A DNA stretch of 10,648 bases from a bacterium. Lineage in GTDB: Bacteria; Muiribacteriota; UBA6191. A program made the translations under genes and the position numbers. Below, piece after piece: positions 7,420 to 10,648 of this stretch. Position 1 is the stretch's first letter. Each line of letters opens with the position of its first letter. The DNA is taken from assembly GCA_036339875.1 (NCBI GenBank), contig JAYZAC010000198.1, positions 1 to 10,648 on the forward strand. The letters are read 5' to 3'. The notes under the pieces are model-generated. The model was not told the DNA's origin, searched no databases, and worked only from the letters and a program-made list of their open reading frames with translations.

Positions 7420-8921
7420 AAATAACCAAACAATTGTTTCAATCGATAGGTCTTACTTTTACAAGCCGTTTGATAGGCTTCCTGAGACTTATGGTAGAAA
7501 CGGCTCTCCTTGGACTCACTGGAGTCACTGATGCTTACCAAGCAGCATTCAGGCTAACAAATTTTTTTAGAGAGATTTTTGGAGAAGGAGCTATCGGTAG
7601 CGTATTTACACCCATGCATGCTAATTGCATTGAGAATGAAGGTAAACAAAGATCACAAAACTTTTTTTGGACAACGACAATCATCAGCTGCCTTGTTTCG
7701 ATCTGCCTTTTTCTTTTCTTGATACTCAATCTTGAGTGGATCTTAACAATATGGATGCCAGAATTACCCAGAGAATCCAAAGAATGGGTTCTAACCCTTA
7801 CTCCCATAATGTTGCCCTACCTAATTTTCATTGCTGCTGCCAGTATGTTCATGGTTATGCATCAAATTAAGGGAAGATTTATCTACTCCAGCTTACACCC
7901 TATTTTATTTTCCATTTCTGTGATTTTAATTGGCTTGTTAAATCCTTCAGATAACCACGCCACATCTTTAGCATGGGGTGTATTTTTTGGTGGTCTTTTA
8001 CAACTTGGCTTACTTAGTCTAACGCTCAATTACCCATTGCCAAATATTATTTTTTTTCGTAACCAGTTACCGAATATAAAAAATCTTTTTATTCTTCTCA
8101 TTCCAATCATTCTTTCATTAATTGTTCACCGGACAAATAGATTGATAGATCTATACTTTGCAGCCGGACTAGCATCAGGTAGTTTGAGCTCTCTATCATA
8201 TTCTTTCGTTCTTATTAACGTTCCAATGGGATTAATTTCAGTAGCTAGTAATGCGGTCTTTTATCCTGTAATATCTCGCCTAAAGGCAGCAAAAAAAATC
8301 GTCCAGTATCGTCATGCCGTGATTTCAAATCTTAACTTCATTACCCTTCTCAGCTTCTGGTCAATGGGTTTACTTATTTTTCATGCACACAACTTAGTTG
8401 GCTGTCTATTTGTTGACATTCCAACTTGGATTGGTCTTTCTACACAATTTGACCAGCGAGCGGCCGAGCTAATGGGAGATGCATTACAATATTACTCGAT
8501 AGGCTTAGGCTTTCTAATTATGAACCCATATCTGATAAAGTTGTACCATAGTCATCTGGATACAAGTTTCCCGGCTAAATTAGCCATCTTTATGGTTTTA
8601 TTAAACATAATTCTCAACTACTACCTCACTCCGATTCTATTACACCGAGGAATAGCTTTGGCAACAAGTTTAGTTGCTATTTGTTTCTGTTTAGTACTAA
8701 TGGTTGGACTACAGTCTAAAGATTACATCAATATCCCTTTGAAAAATATATTTCAATGGATTGCAAGACTAGCTACAAGTATCATTATCTTTGGTTTATG
8801 TATACAATTTAGTCTACCGTTTGGGCTTTTTGGACAAATAATTATACCCTCTCTGATTTACTTCAGCTTTTGGCATCTTGTAGAATTAAATTCAGCTAAT
8901 GTTGTCGACTCACTCACCTGA
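7416..8921 (+). CDS. murJ: Lipid II flippase MurJ (MviN), MOP superfamily
   Basis: 501-aa polytopic membrane protein with SRLIGFLR, DAYQAAFRLTNFFREIFGEGA, GGLLQL, LASGS and HRGIALATS motifs. R18, R24, D39, R52 and E57 match E. coli MurJ positions. TTG start overlaps the upstream TGA. Confidence 0.92.
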   Translation: MKITKQLFQSIGLTFTSRLIGFLRLMVETALLGLTGVTDAYQAAFRLTNFFREIFGEGAIGSVFTPMHANCIENEGKQRSQNFFWTTTIISCLVSICLFLFLILNLEWILTIWMPELPRESKEWVLTLTPIMLPYLIFIAAASMFMVMHQIKGRFIYSSLHPILFSISVILIGLLNPSDNHATSLAWGVFFGGLLQLGLLSLTLNYPLPNIIFFRNQLPNIKNLFILLIPIILSLIVHRTNRLIDLYFAAGLASGSLSSLSYSFVLINVPMGLISVASNAVFYPVISRLKAAKKIVQYRHAVISNLNFITLLSFWSMGLLIFHAHNLVGCLFVDIPTWIGLSTQFDQRAAELMGDALQYYSIGLGFLIMNPYLIKLYHSHLDTSFPAKLAIFMVLLNIILNYYLTPILLHRGIALATSLVAICFCLVLMVGLQSKDYINIPLKNIFQWIARLATSIIIFGLCIQFSLPFGLFGQIIIPSLIYFSFWHLVELNSANVVDSLT

Positions 8922-10648
8922 ATGTTATAACCCTGATGATTTTCTGAAAGCTCTAACTTCAGAAGAACGAGCAAACCGTGATCTTAAAATGATTGAACGT
9001 GCTGCCAAATTTGCCTTCGAAGCACATGGTGAACAAAAACGAAAATCAGGAGAACCTTATATAACTCACCCGTTTGCAGTAGCAATCCTTGTGGATGAAC
9101 TGAAACTCGACACCAATTCAATCTGTAGTGCTCTTCTACATGACGTTATAGAGGATTGTAGCGTCAAATCGGATACATTGAAGAAGGAATTTAATACCAC
9201 AGTTGCCGAGATGGTAGATGGAGTCACAAAGCTGTCTAAGTTAAAATTCAATACCAAGGCCGAACTACAAGCTGAATCTCTTCGAAAAATGCTACTGGCA
9301 ATGACCAAGGATGTTCGTGTAATTCTGATTAAATTATGCGACCGATTGCATAATATGCGTACGCTGGACCATATGGTGCCTGAAAAACAAGCTCGCATTA
9401 GCCACGAAACTCTAGACATATATTGTCCATTAGCTCACCGCTTAGGAATGTCTAACCTAAAATGGCAACTAGAAGATCTATGTCTCAAGTATACCGAGCC
9501 TGAAGCCTACTACGATATTTTGAAAAGAATTGCTCAAAAACGCAAAGAGCGAGAAGTATTTATAAATGCTGTAATTGAAGAATTACGCTTGGTCATTAGT
9601 GAGAACGGTTTTAAGGCTGATATATCAGGACGTCCTAAAAGCTTTTATTCTATTTTTCTAAAATCACGACGCAATGAAAAATATATGGATGAAATGTACG
9701 ACCTGATTGGTATACGAATCATTACAGAATCAAAAGCTAATTGCTACGCAATTTTAGGCTTAGCCCATAGCATCTGGACACCTCTACAACATCGATTTAA
9801 GGATTACATAGCAGTACCAAAACCTAATTTATATCAAAGTTTACACACCACAGTCATTCATCCGGAAGGACAGATGGTAGAAGTTCAGATCAGAACTCAG
9901 ACAATGCATGAAACTAGTGAAAATGGTGTTGCAGCACACTTTCTTTACAAGGAAGCCGACAAAACTAAATCTAATGATAATAAACAACCTGTGGAAGAAC
10001 TCAAATGGTTGAAGCAGATCGTCCAATGGCATACAGATGTAAGAGATAGTCAGGAATTTATTGAAAATCTCAAACTCGATCTCTTTCAAAATATGGTCTA
10101 CGCATTTACTCCCAATGGTAAAGTCATTGAGCTGCGTGAAGGCTCAACACCAATTGACTTCGCATATTATATCCATACGGAGGTGGGAAACAAATGCGTT
10201 GGTGCCAAAGTCGATGATCGTGTTGTGCCACTAAACTATAGATTAAAGAACGGAGATATTGTTCGAATTGTAACAAGTAAAAATTCAAAAGGACCAAGTC
10301 GAGATTGGCTTGAAACAATTAATACTAGAAGAGCTCGAGAAGGGATATTGGCGTTTTTAAGAAAGTCCGCCAAAGAAGATTATATTGCTAAAGGTAGTGG
10401 CATGATCCTACAAGCTCTTGAAGAAAGAATTAAGAAATTACCAGCAGAAAAAAAGGTTTCACCTAGAGAGATTACTAATTCTGATGAGTTTCAGAAAGTA
10501 CTGGGTGCTTATGGTTTCCGTGATATTACCTTTATGCAGGAAGCTATTGGCAAAGGAGAATTTAAGCTAGATAACCTAGTAAGGCACTTAGAAATTTTTA
10601 AGGAAGAACCCAAAGTTCAAACCGGCCTCGAAGAGTTAAGCTCTAAGG
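8899..10648 (+). CDS. rel: Bifunctional (p)ppGpp synthetase/hydrolase, long RSH (Rel); 3'-truncated by window end
   Basis: Manually translated open frame from ATG 8899 (in-frame TAA at 8887-8889), 583 codons with no stop. It reads AHGEQKRKSGEPYITHP, HDVIED (9139-9156), IKLCDRLHNMRTL, PLAHRLG, RFKDYIAVPKPNLYQSLHT, EVQIRT, GVAAHFLYK, then a TGS domain (FTPNG...TPIDFAYYIHTEVG), then GPSRDWL. Confidence 0.98.
   Translation, partial: MLSTHSPECYNPDDFLKALTSEERANRDLKMIERAAKFAFEAHGEQKRKSGEPYITHPFAVAILVDELKLDTNSICSALLHDVIEDCSVKSDTLKKEFNTTVAEMVDGVTKLSKLKFNTKAELQAESLRKMLLAMTKDVRVILIKLCDRLHNMRTLDHMVPEKQARISHETLDIYCPLAHRLGMSNLKWQLEDLCLKYTEPEAYYDILKRIAQKRKEREVFINAVIEELRLVISENGFKADISGRPKSFYSIFLKSRRNEKYMDEMYDLIGIRIITESKANCYAILGLAHSIWTPLQHRFKDYIAVPKPNLYQSLHTTVIHPEGQMVEVQIRTQTMHETSENGVAAHFLYKEADKTKSNDNKQPVEELKWLKQIVQWHTDVRDSQEFIENLKLDLFQNMVYAFTPNGKVIELREGSTPIDFAYYIHTEVGNKCVGAKVDDRVVPLNYRLKNGDIVRIVTSKNSKGPSRDWLETINTRRAREGILAFLRKSAKEDYIAKGSGMILQALEERIKKLPAEKKVSPREITNSDEFQKVLGAYGFRDITFMQEAIGKGEFKLDNLVRHLEIFKEEPKVQTGLEELSSK

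Noticed and set aside
6731..7807. Minus-strand ORFs 6731-6949, 7341-7541 and 7535-7807
   Set aside because: Antisense to the NHL/TPR gene and murJ, with no independent evidence.
9066..10318. Minus-strand ORFs 9066-9419, 9841-10089 and 10124-10318
   Set aside because: Antisense shadows of rel, which occupies the plus strand from 8899 to the window end.
1..10648. CRISPR arrays, IS elements, prophage, toxin-antitoxin or defence genes, tRNAs
   Set aside because: No repeat-spacer pattern, transposase, integrase or cloverleaf seen. The RSH is a long housekeeping Rel, not a small toxic alarmone synthetase.

Overview
AT-rich bacterial core-genome region. The first ~58 nt are the 5' end of a 16S rRNA gene on the minus strand. 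It is preceded by a structured leader (two G-U-rich hairpins, a boxB/boxA-like element) and a sigma70-type promoter (TTGACA-N17-TAATCT, 317..289). Diverging from it on the plus strand is a tightly packed, probably co-transcribed run of eight genes: a CgeB-like glycosyltransferase, a plant/alphaproteobacterial-type glutamate-cysteine ligase, der (engA), plsY, gpsA, an uncharacterised signal peptide/NHL propeller/TPR/TM/acidic-tail protein, murJ, and a bifunctional (p)ppGpp synthetase/hydrolase (rel). The rel gene is missing from the ORF track because it runs off the window end. I see no mobile element, CRISPR array, defence system or tRNA, and I cannot support a clearly new biological system. 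The best leads are a MurJ with a relocated essential arginine, a GCS2-family ligase with an altered acceptor pocket next to a glycosyltransferase, the receptor-like membrane protein, and the rrn-versus-der/rel head-to-head layout. Comparisons with reference proteins were aligned by eye from memory and need computational confirmation.
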